Shown one piece after another: positions 42,001 through 52,333 of a stretch of 64,000 bases of DNA; the first letter of the stretch is position 1; every line of letters begins with the position of its first letter. A program made the translations under genes and the position numbers. Source of the stretch: Eledone cirrhosa (lineage: Eukaryota); contig OZ024748.1 in assembly GCA_964016885.1 (NCBI GenBank), forward strand, positions 37,944,001 to 38,008,000. Reading direction: 5' to 3'. Under the pieces are notes generated by a model. The model was not told the DNA's origin. It saw only the letters and a program-made list of their open reading frames with translations, and did no database searches.

Positions 42001-45000
42001 TTGCAAAGGAGGTAAGTGTTGTGATTAAAATGAAGGAAAAATATAAAGAATATTACGAAGGAAGTAAGAGTGGTGATTAAAAAGAAGGTAAAATATAAAG
42101 AATATTGCGAAGGAGCTAGGTGTTGTGTTTAAAAAGAGGAAAAATATAAAGATGTTGCGAAAGAGGTAAGTGTTGTGATTAAAAAGAAGTAAAAATATAA
42201 AGATTGTTACGAAGGAGGTAAGTGTTGTGATTAAAAAGAAGGAAAAATATAAGGAAATTTACGAAGGAGGTAAGAGTGGTGATTAAAAAGAAGGAAAATT
42301 ATAAAGAATATTGCGAAGGAGGTAAGTGTTGTGTTTAAAAAGAAGGAAACATATGAAGAAATTTACGAAGGAGGTAAGAGTGGTGATTAAAAAGAAGGGA
42401 AAATATAAAGAATGTTGTGTAGGAGGTAAGAGTTGTGATTGAAACGAAGGAATAATATAAAGAATGTTGCGAAGGAGGTAAGAGTTGTGATTAAAAAGAA
42501 GGAAAAATATAAAGAGTGTTGCGAAGGAGGTAAGAGTTGTGATTAAAAGAAGGAAAATATAATGAATGTTGCGAAGGAGGTAAGAGTTGTGATTAAAAAG
42601 AAGGAAAAATATAAAGAATGTTGCGAAGGAGGTAAGAGTGTTGATTAAAAAGAAGGAAAATATAAAGAATGTTGCGAAGGAGGTAAGTGTTGTGATTAAA
42701 AATAAGGAAAAATATAAAGAATGTTACGAAGGAGGTAAGAGTTGTGATTAAACAGAAGGAAAAATATAAAGAATCTTGCGAAGGAGGAAAGAGTGTTGAT
42801 TAAAAACAATGTCAAATATAAAGAATATTGCGAAGGAGGTAAGTGTTGTGATTAAATGAAAGGAAAAATATAAAGAATGTTGCGAAGGAGGTGATTGTTG
42901 CAATTAAAAAGAAAAACAAATATAAAGAATGTTGCGAAGGAGGTAAGTGTTGTGATTAAAAGGAAGGGAAAATATAAAGAATGTTGCGAAGGAGGAAAGA
43001 GTGTTGATTAAAAAGAAAGAAAAATATAAAGAATGTTGCGATGGAGGAAAGTGTTCTGATTAAAAAGAATGACAAATATAAAGAATATTGCGAAGGAAGT
43101 AAGAGTGGTGATTAAAAAGAAGGAAAAATATAAAGAATGTTGCGAAGGAAGTAAGTGTTGTGATTAAAAAGAAGGAAAAATATAAAGAATCCTACGAAGG
43201 AGGTAAGAGTTGTGTTTAAAAGAAGGAAAAATATAAAGAATGTTGCGAAGGAGGTAAGTGTTGTGATTAAAAAGAAGGAAAAGTATAAAGAATATTACGA
43301 AGGAGGTAAGTGTTGTGATTAAAAAGATGGAAACATATAAAGAATGTTGCAAAGGAGGTAAGTGTTGTGATTAAAATGAAGGAAAAATATAAAGAATATT
43401 ACGAAGGAAGTAAGAGTTGTGATTAAAAAGAAGGTAAAATATAAAGAATATTGCGAAGGAGCTAAGTGTTGTGTTTAAAAAGAAGGAAAAATATAAAGAT
43501 CTTGCGAAAGAGGTAAGTGTTGTGATTAAAAAGAAGCAAAAACATAATAAATGTTACGAAGGAAGTAAGAGTGGTGATTAAAAAGAAGGAAAAATATAAA
43601 GAATGTTGCGAAGGAGGTAAGTGTTGTGATTAAAAATAAGGAAAAATATAAAGAATGCTGCGAAGGAGGTAAGAGTGGTGATTAAAATGAATGAAAAATA
43701 TAAAGAATGTTGCGAAGGAGGTAAGTGTTGTGATTAAAAAGAAGGAAAAATATCAAGAATGTTGCGAAGGAGGCAAGAGTTGTGATTAAAAAGAAGAGAA
43801 AATATAAAGAATGTTGCGAAAGAGGTTAGTGTTGTGATTAAAAAGAAGGAAAAATATTAAGATGTTGCGGAAGAGGTAATTGTTGTGATTAAAAAGAAGG
43901 AAAAACATAATAAATGTTGCAAAGGAGGTAAGAGTGTTGATTAAAAAGAAGGAAAAGTATAAAGAATGTTACGAAGGAGGTAAGAGTTGTGATTAAAAAG
44001 AAGGAAAATTATAAAGAATGTTACGAAGAGAGGTAAGAGTTGTGATTAAAAAGAAGGAAAAATATAAGGAAATTTACGAAGGAGGTAAGAGTGTTATTAA
44101 AAAGAAGGAAAATTATAAAGAATATTGCGAAGGAGGTAAGTGTTGTGTTTAAAAAGAAGGACAAATATAAAGAAATTTACGAAGGAAGTAAGAGTGGTGA
44201 TTAAAAAGAAGGAAAAATATAAAGAATGTTGCGAAGGAGGTAAGCGTTGTGATTAAAAAGAAGGTAAAATATAAAGAATGTTGCGAAGGAGGTAAGTGTT
44301 GTGATTAAAAAGAAGGAAAAATATAAAGAATGTTGCGAAGGAGGTAAGTGTTGTGATTAAAAAGAAGGAAAAATATAAAGAATATTGTGAAGGAGGTAAG
44401 AGTTGTGATTAAAACGAAGGAATAATATAAAGAATGTTGCGAAGGAGGTAAGAGTTGTGATTAAAAAGAAGGAAAAATATAAAGAATGTTGCGAAGGAGG
44501 TAAGAGTTGTGATTAAAAGAAGGAAAATATAAAGAATGTTGCGAGGGAGGTAATAGTTGTGATTAAAAAGAAGGAAAAAGATAAAGAATGTTACGAAGGG
44601 GGTAAGTGTTGTGATTAAAAAGAAGGAAAAATATAAAGAAATTTACGAAGGAGGTAAGAGTGGTGATTAAAATGAAGGGAAAATATAAAGAATATTGCGA
44701 AGGAGGTAAGTGTTGTGTTTAAAAAGAAGGAAAAATAAAAAGAAATTTACGAAGGAAGTAAGAGTGGTGATTAAAAAGAAGGAAAAATATAAAGAATATT
44801 GCGAAGGAGGTAAGTGTTGTGTTTAAAAAGAAGGAAAAATATAAAGATGTTGCGAAAGAGGTAAGTGTTGTGATTAAAAAGAAGGAAAAATATAAAGATT
44901 GTTGCGAAGGAGGTAAGTGTTGTGATTAAAAATAAGGAAAAATATAAAGAATGTTACGAAGGAGGTAAGTGTTGTGATTAAAAAGAAGGAAAAATATAAG

Positions 45001-45878
45001 GAAATTTACGAAGGAGGTAAGAGTGGTGATTAAAAATAAGGAAAAATATAAAGAATATTGCGAAGGAGGTAAGTGTTGTGTTTAAAAAGAAGAAAAAATA
45101 TAAAGAAATTTACGAAGGAGGTAAGAGTGGTGATTAAAAAGAAGGAAAAATATAAAGAATATTGCGAAGGAGGTAAGTGTTGTGTTTAAAAAGAAAGAAA
45201 AATATAAAGAATGTTGCGAAGGAGGTAAGAGTTGTGTTTAAAAAGAAGGAAAAATATAAAGAATGTTGCGAAGGAGGTAAGTGTTGTGATTAAAAAGAAG
45301 GAAAAATATAAAGAATGTTGCGAATGAGGTAAGTGTTGTGATTAAAAAGAAGGAAAAATATAAAGAATGTTGCGAAGGAGGTAAGAGTTGTGATTAAAAA
45401 GAAGGAATAATATAAAGAACGTTGCGAAGGAGGTAAGAGTTGTGATTAAAAAGAAGGAAAAATATAAAGAATGTTGCGAAGGAGGTAAGTGTTGTGATTA
45501 AAAAGAAGGAAAAATATAAAGAATGTTGCGAAGGAGGTAAGAGTTGTGATTAAAAAGAAGGAAAAATATAAAGAATGTTGCGAAGGAGGTAAGTGTTGTG
45601 ATTAAAAAGAAGGAAAAATATAAAGAATGTTGCGAAAGAGGTAAGAGTGGTGATTACAAAGAAGGAAAAATATAAAGAATGTTGCGAAGGAGGTAAGTGT
45701 TGTGATTAAAAAGAAGGAAAAATATAAAGAATGTTGCGAAAGAGGTAAGAGTGGTGATTACAAAGAAGGAAAAATATAAAGAATGTTGCGAAGGAGGTAA
45801 GTGTTGTGATTAAAAAGAAGGAAAAATATAAAGAATGTTGCGAAGGAGGTAAGTGTTGTGATTAAAAATAAGGAAAAT
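1..45878 (+). repeat. 52-bp tandem satellite array, consensus AAAAAGAAGGAAAAATATAAAGAATGTTGCGAAGGAGGTAAGTGTTGTGATT, roughly 880 monomers, open at the left edge of the window
   Basis: Uninterrupted head-to-tail repetition with period 52 (occasional 51/53-bp monomers) and recurrent point variants. The array ends at ...AAAAATAAGGAAAAT|CGTGACT near 45878. Confidence 0.99.
30445..43753 (+). repeat. Higher-order tandem duplication within the satellite: two ~6634-bp copies (~128 monomers each)
   Basis: Identical spurious ORFs at 34147/40781, 35187/41821 and 36530/43164, and the rare variant TAATAGTCGT at 30921/37555, are all offset by exactly 6634 bp. Boundaries are approximate. Confidence 0.93.
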
Positions 45879-46146
45879 CGTGACTATTGTTGTGAGACGG
45901 TGACATCATGGTTATTATTGTGAGACGGTGATATCGTGACTATTACTGTAAGACGGTGATATCATAGTTATTGTTGGAAGACGGTGATATCATGTTATTG
46001 TTTTGAGACGGTGATATCATGTTATTGTTGTGAGACGGAGATATCATGGTTATTGTTGTGAGACGATGATATCACCGATGTTATTGTGAAACGGTGATAT
46101 CGTGACTATTGTGACTATCCCTGATGTTATTGTTGTGAGACGGTGG
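45878..46146 (+). repeat. 28-bp minisatellite (ATCATGGTTATTGTTGTGAGACGGTGAT), about 9-10 degenerate copies
   Basis: GAGACGGTGATATC recurs every 27-28 bp, starting immediately at the end of the 52-bp array. Confidence 0.9.
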
Positions 46147-46334
46147 AGGTAACGTTGTGTTGCTGGTGTTGGTGGTGGTGTTTGTGGTGTTGGTGATGGA
46201 GGAGGTAGTGTTGGTGTTAGTAGTAACATTGGTTATGGTGGTGGCTTTAATGTGTTTTACTATTATGATTGTTAATGATGTTGTTATTGCTGTTGTTATT
46301 GTTGCTGTTATTGCATTTGCTGTTATTAAAGTTG

Positions 46335-49166
46335 TTATGCAGTTGTTGTTACTACAGTTATTGTTATTATCACAGTTGTTGTTATTATTACAGTTGTTGT
46401 TATTACAGTTGTTGTTATTACGGTTGTTGTTATTACAGTTGTTGTTGTTATTACTGTTATTGTTATTACAGTTGTTGTTGTTACAGTTGTTGTTATTATT
46501 ACAGATGTTGTTATTACAGTTGTTGTTATTACAGTTGTTGTTATTACGGTTGTTGTTATTACAGTTGTTGTTGTTATTACTGTTATTGTTATTACAGTTG
46601 TTGTTGTTACAGTTGTTGTTATTATTACAGATGTTGTTATTACAGTTGTTGTTATTACAGTTGTTGTTATTACAGTTGTTGTTATTACAGTTGTTGTTGT
46701 TATTACACTTGTTGTTGTTATTACAGTTGTTATTACAGTTATTGTTGTTGTTATTACAGTTGTTGTTGTTATTACAGTTGTTGTTGTTACAGTTGTTGTT
46801 ATTACAGTTGTTGTTGTTGTTATTACAGTTGTTGTTGTTATTACAGTTGTTGTTATTACAGTTGTTGGTATTATTACAGTTGTTGTTATTACAGTTGTTG
46901 TTATTACAGTTGTTGTTGTTATTACAGTTGTTGTTATTACAGTTGTTGTTATTACAATTGTTGTTGTTACAGTTGTTGTTGTTGTTATTACAGTTGTTGT
47001 TGTTATTACAGTTGTTGTTATTACAGTTGTTGTTATTACAGTTGTTGTTATTACAGTTGTTGTTATTACAGTTGTTGTTATTATTACAGTTGTTGTTATT
47101 ACAGTTGTTGTTATTACAGTTGTTGTTATTACAGTTGTTGTTATTACAGTTGTTGTTGTTGTTATTACAGTTGTTGTTATTACAGTTGTTGTTATTACAG
47201 TTGTTGTTGTTATTACAGTTGTTGTTATTACAGTTGTTGTTATTACAGTTGTTGTTATTACAGTTGTTGTTATTGTTATTACAGTTGTTGTTGTTATTAC
47301 AGTTGTTGTTATTACAGTTGTTGTTATTACAGTTGTTGTTATTACAGTTGTTGTTATTATTACAGTTGTTGTTATTACAGTTGTTGTTATTACAGTTGTT
47401 GTTGTTATTACAGTTGTTGTTGTTATTACAGTTGTTGTTATTACAGTTGTTGTTATTACAGTTGTTGTTATTACAGTTGTTGTTATTGTTATTACAGTGG
47501 TTGTTGTTATTACAGTTGTTGTTATTTCAGTTGCTGTTGTGTTATTACAGTTGTTGTTGTTATTACAGTTGTTGTTATTACAGTTGTTGTTGTTGTTATT
47601 ACAGTTGTTGTTGTGGTTATTACACTTGTTGTTGTTACACTTGTTGTTATTACAGTTGTCGTTGTTATTACAGCTGCTGTTGTTGTTATTACAGTTGTTG
47701 TTGTTATTACAGTTCTTGTTGTGGTTATTACAGTTGTTGTTGTTACACTTGTTGTTATTACAGTTGTTGTTGTTGTTACAGTTGTTGTTATTACAGTTGT
47801 TGTTATTACAATTGTTGTTGTTATTACACTTGTTGTTGTTATTACAGTTGTTATTACACTTGTTGTTGTTATTACAGTTGTTATTACAGTTGTTATTACA
47901 GTTGTTGTTGTTGTTATTACAGTTGTTGTTGTTGTTGTTATTACAGTTGTTGGTGTTACAGTTGTTGTTGTTACATATGTTGTTATTACAGTTGTTGTTG
48001 TTATTACACTTGTTGTTGTTATTACACTTGTTGTTGTTATTACAGTTGTTATTACAGTTGTTGTTGTTATTATTATAGTTGTTGTTGTTATTATAGTTGT
48101 TGTTGTTGTTATTACAGTTGTTGTTATTACAGTTGTTGTTGTTGTTATTACAGTTGTTGTTGTTATTACGGTTGTGGTTGTTACAGTTGTTGTTGTTATT
48201 ACAGTTGTTGTTGTTTGGGATTACAGTTGTTGTTATTACAGTTGTTGTTGTTACAGTTGTTGTTTTTACAGTTGTTGTTGTTATTACAGTTGTTGTTGTT
48301 GTTATTACACTTGTTGTTGTTATTAGAGTTGTTGTTGTTATTACACTTGTTGTTGTTATTACAGTTGTTATTACAGTTGTTGTTGTTGTTATTATATTTG
48401 TTGTTGTTATTATAGTTGTTGTTGTTGTTATTACAGTTGTTGTTATTACAGTTGTTGTTGTTGTTATTACAGTTGTTGTTGTTATTACGGTTGTAGTTGT
48501 TACAGTTGTTGTTGTTATTACAGTTTTTGTTGTTGTTATTACAGTTGTTATTATTACAGTTGTTGTTGTTACAGTTGTTGTTTTTACAGTTGTTGTTGTT
48601 ATTACAGTTGTTGTTATTGTTATTACAGTTGTTGTTATTACAGTTGTTGTTGTTACACTTATTGTTGTTATTACAGTTGTCGTTATTACAGTTGCTGTTG
48701 TTATTATAGTTGTTGTTATTACAGTTGTTGTTGTTATTACTGTTGTTGTTATTACAGTTGCTGTTGTTATTATAGATGTTGTTATTACAGTTGCTGTTGT
48801 TATTAGAGTTGTTGTTATTACAGTTGTTGTTGTTATTACAGTTGTTGTTATTACAGTTGCTGTTGTTGTTATAGTTTTTGTTATTACAATTGTTGTTGTT
48901 ATTACAGTTGTTGTTATTACAGTTGTTGTTGTTATTACAGTTGCTGTTGTTGTTATTACAGTTGTTGTTGTTGTTGTTATTACAGTTGTTGTTGTTATTA
49001 CAGTTGTTGTTGTTATTACAGTTGTTGTTGTTGTTATTACACTTGTTGTTATTACAATTGTTGTTATCACAGTTGTTGTTGTTACAGTTGTTGTTGTTAT
49101 TACAGTTGTTGTTATGACAGTTGTTGTTGTTATTACAGTTGTTGTTGTTACAGCAGTTGTTGTTAT
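46335..49166 (+). repeat. Compound triplet array (GTT)2-6-ATT-ACA, modal unit GTTGTTGTTATTACA (15 bp)
   Basis: Direct reading; unit lengths vary in steps of 3. It is preceded by GT-rich low-complexity sequence at 46147-46334. Confidence 0.97.
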
Positions 49167-49462
49167 CGTCCGTACCACGTCATTAGCCATTTACACTCTT
49201 TTGTTTCGAATTAATCCATTTCTTCCTTTCTTTCCTTTCATTCTCCCTTCTTTTCTCCTTTTCTTTCTTTCTCTGATTAGAATTTGTTGTTGTTGTTTGT
49301 TTTATGTAGTATGTCATCAATCTATTGCCATAGCAACAGTTGCCAACGATACCACACAGTCTGTCATCTGGTACTATTGTTGCTGTCACTCACAATCTCT
49401 ACACTCTTTACTTCTCTCTCTCTCTTTCTTTCATTCTTTCTGTCTTTCTTTTGGTTTCCTTT

Positions 49463-50122
49463 TTGTATATGTTGTATATATATTGTATATATGTTGTATA
49501 TATGTTGTATATATGTTGTATATGTGTTGTATATATGTTGTATATATGTTGTATATATGTTGTATATGTGTTGTATATATGTTGTATATATGTTGTATAT
49601 ATGTTGTATATATGTTGCATATGTGTTGTATATATGTGTTGTATATATGTTGTATATATGTTGTATATATGTTGTATATGTTGTATATATGTTGTATATG
49701 TTGTATATATGTTGTATACATGTGTTGTATATATGTTGTATATATGTTGTATATATGTTGTATATGTTGTATATATGTTGTATATGTTGTATATATGTTG
49801 TATATGTGTTGTATATATGTTGTATATGTGTTGTATATATGTTCTATATGTTGTATATATGTTGTATATATGTTGTATATGTGTTGTATATATGTTGTAT
49901 ATGTGTTGTATATATGTTGTATATGTTGTATATATGTTGTATATATGTTGTATATATGTTGTATATATGTTGTATACATGTGTTGTATATATGTTGTATA
50001 TGTCTTGTATATGTGTTGTATATATGTTGTATATATGTTGTATATATGTTGTATATATGTTGTATATATGTTGTGTATATGTTGTATATATATGTTGTAT
50101 ATATGTTGTATATATGTTGTAT
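49463..50122 (+). repeat. 11-bp minisatellite (GTTGTATATAT) with 9- and 13-bp variants, about 60 units
   Basis: Direct reading of tandem TGTTGTATATA units. Confidence 0.95.
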
Positions 50123-50316
50123 GTGTCTTTACTGTTTGTTAGTCATGTCATAATTTGTTAATGTCGTTAAGTTGGCATGGTTACCATCTGATGCCTTCAG
50201 CCATTTTTATCACAGCTAGATACACTGCAGTCTGCTTCTACTGCACGTGCAGGTACACACATACGCATAAAAAAACACACACACACACACATACACACAC
50301 ACACACACATATATAT

Positions 50317-50391
50317 ATAGGGAGAGGCACGTGCACACACACAGGTTTAGAAGGAATATATATATGTGTGTGAGCACGTGCCTCTCTCTAT
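50317..50391. repeat. Short fold-back, ~27-bp arms each containing CACGTG
   Basis: ATAGGGAGAGGCACGTGCACACACACA pairs with TGTGTGTGAGCACGTGCCTCTCTCTAT (2 mismatches) around a ~21-nt loop. Confidence 0.8.
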
Positions 50392-50478
50392 GCGGATCCT
50401 GAGTTCGGTTTGACCAAGCTGATAATCCGCATAAGGTGAAACATTTGTTCTCGGTATGGTGAACTAACTGTCGTGGAA
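50389..50478 (+). mobile_element. Fold-back family 1, short copy, with degenerate type I hammerhead-like motif (Penelope-like pseudo-LTR remnant?)
   Basis: ACCAAG CTGATAA TCC GCATAA GGT GAAAC ATTT GT T CTCGGT at 50413-50455. Homologous to 51531-51598, preceded by a short inverted copy (TATGCGGAT...ATCCGCATA) and followed by (TA)n. Confidence 0.55.
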
Positions 50479-50481
50479 GTA

Positions 50482-50581
<100 letters not shown>

Positions 50582-50748
50582 AAAATGAGTTGTTTTTTTA
50601 TTAAAAAGTACGAGATGCCCTACACGTGTGAGAAACCGCAAACCTTCCATCTCAATTCTACTTTTGAAAAGCACAAGAACTGGGAAACGGGTAAAGGAAA
50701 TAAATTAATATTCTTAAAAAGTCTCCAGTTGCATTTTCGATTTCTTTT

Positions 50749-50783
<35 letters not shown>

Positions 50784-51192
50784 CAATATCGAAGAAAGCT
50801 TTTTATCGATACTCCGGCCAAATTCCAACTCACTCAACAAACATTAGGAAATAAGTGATTATATTCCCAATTATGTGTTCGGGGTGCTAACTAAAAGTAT
50901 TGCGTGGAAAATTGGCTGTATTATTTCAAATGAGACATATCTAATATATCTCTTCCCAGACGGACGTCTCGTTTCATTATAGGATTCCTACAATTTGGGT
51001 GAAATTATACCAATTTATGTAGGAGCTTGTATACCATCAATAGATATATATTCAAGTGGGCTCCTATAATTTATCAGTGACCCAATAATACTAATATTGA
51101 TAATCTAACCAACATCAGCATTTAGCGATAATCACTTTCTGTGCCTGAGGTATCTGTCAGGTTGCTAGTCCAGCAGTTCTAAAGAAGTGCTC

Positions 51193-51292
<100 letters not shown>

Positions 51293-51354
51293 CTGTGTCT
51301 ATGTGTGTGTGTAAACGAAACTTACTCGATGTTTCTATTATATATATAGAAGTC

Positions 51355-51639
51355 GTTCCACAACAGTTAATTCACTATTTCCTAGAACAATTGTTTCACC
51401 TTATACGGATCATCATCTCGGTTTAAATGAGATTATACGGAAAAGTAAAAACAATTATACGAATACGCATATGCACAGGCAGTTCTGCACATGCGTATTT
51501 GTTTTTCCTTTCCTGTATAATCTTATTTAAACCGAACTGACGGTCCGTCTGAGGTGAAACAATAGTTCTCTGAAATGGTGAATTAACTGTTGTGGAACTG
51601 AGTGGTCTACTATTGCGGATATAACCCACTAGTGTTCTA

Positions 51640-51642
<3 letters not shown>
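51355..51642 (+). mobile_element. Fold-back family 1, long copy: ~245-bp imperfect palindrome (51355-51598) with divergently oriented hammerhead-like motifs and a short unique tail ending in (TA)n
   Basis: GTTCCACAACAGTTAATTCAC...CGGTTTAAATGAGATTATAC...ATACGCATATGCA is mirrored by TGCACATGCGTAT...GTATAATCTTATTTAAACCG...GTGAATTAACTGTTGTGGAAC. Confidence 0.7.
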
Positions 51643-51699
<57 letters not shown>

Positions 51700-51702
<3 letters not shown>

Positions 51703-51907
51703 CGAAGGAAATGTGGTAAGGAACCAGGTGGACCATAACGCACCAAAGTACTCAATAATTAGGGTAGTAGAGTGGGTAATAGGAACGAGTAGGACCCCGA
51801 TGGCTGAGCTCAAGCCGTTTCGACGGCTAATTCTGGACTGAATTAGCGTCCAGAATTAGCCGTCGAAACGGCTTGAGCTCAGCCGTCGGGGTCCTACTCG
51901 TTCCTAT
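51700..51907 (-). mobile_element. Fold-back family 2, copy 1: ~80-bp unique tail plus 60-bp-arm hairpin, inserted in (TA)n
   Basis: Arms 51779-51838 and 51848-51907 (1 mismatch, 9-nt loop). Tail 51700-51778 is the reverse complement of 53167-53237, with a 10-bp insertion. Confidence 0.85.
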
Positions 51908-51984
51908 ATATGTATATATATTTATATAAACGGAAAAAATGAAACGAAATTTCATTTCCCACTCTTAGTACGGCTGTTACTTAA

Positions 51985-52333
51985 ATATAAGTATGTATAC
52001 GTACATACATATATGTATACAAACGCACAGTAGTATGTATATACATATACATACATGCACACATATATATATGTACGTATGGATTCACCGAACATTTATT
52101 ATAATGCTCGGTGTGTTTGTAAACAACAGCGTTCCTTTGTCAGTGTTGAACAAATGAGCAACGATGGTTGCTAGACACTACGGCTTAATACGGGATGTTT
52201 GTTTACAAACACACCGAGCATTATAATTAATGTTCGGTGAATCCATACGTACATATATATATATATGTGTGCATGTATGTATATATACATACTACTGTAC
52301 GTCTGTATACATATATGTATGTACGTGTACATA

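Noticed and set aside
1995-43352. Many short hydrophobic minus-strand ORFs (F/L/I/T-rich, membrane-peptide-like)
   Set aside because: They are translations of the satellite, mostly with non-ATG starts, opened by indels that skip the recurrent stop. Useful only as markers of higher-order repeats.
1-45878. CRISPR array
   Set aside because: There are no unique spacers: the whole 52-bp period is repeated with only point variants. No cas genes, and the context is eukaryotic.
1-45878. Perfect Shine-Dalgarno AAGGAGGT and TATAAA box in each monomer
   Set aside because: No downstream ORFs and the surrounding DNA is eukaryotic; short motif coincidence in a purine-rich unit.
46157-50161. Long plus-strand poly-Leu/Gln, Cys/Tyr and Val/Ile/Thr ORFs
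   Set aside because: Several frames are open at once because the repeat units lack stop codons; no domain or codon structure beyond the repeat.
50780-50848. KYNIEESFLSILRPNSNSLNKH* vaguely like the E-x-I-x-P-x-LN end of a Penelope GIY-YIG domain
   Set aside because: Too short, spacing imperfect, and no upstream GIY/YIG or RT motifs recognised.
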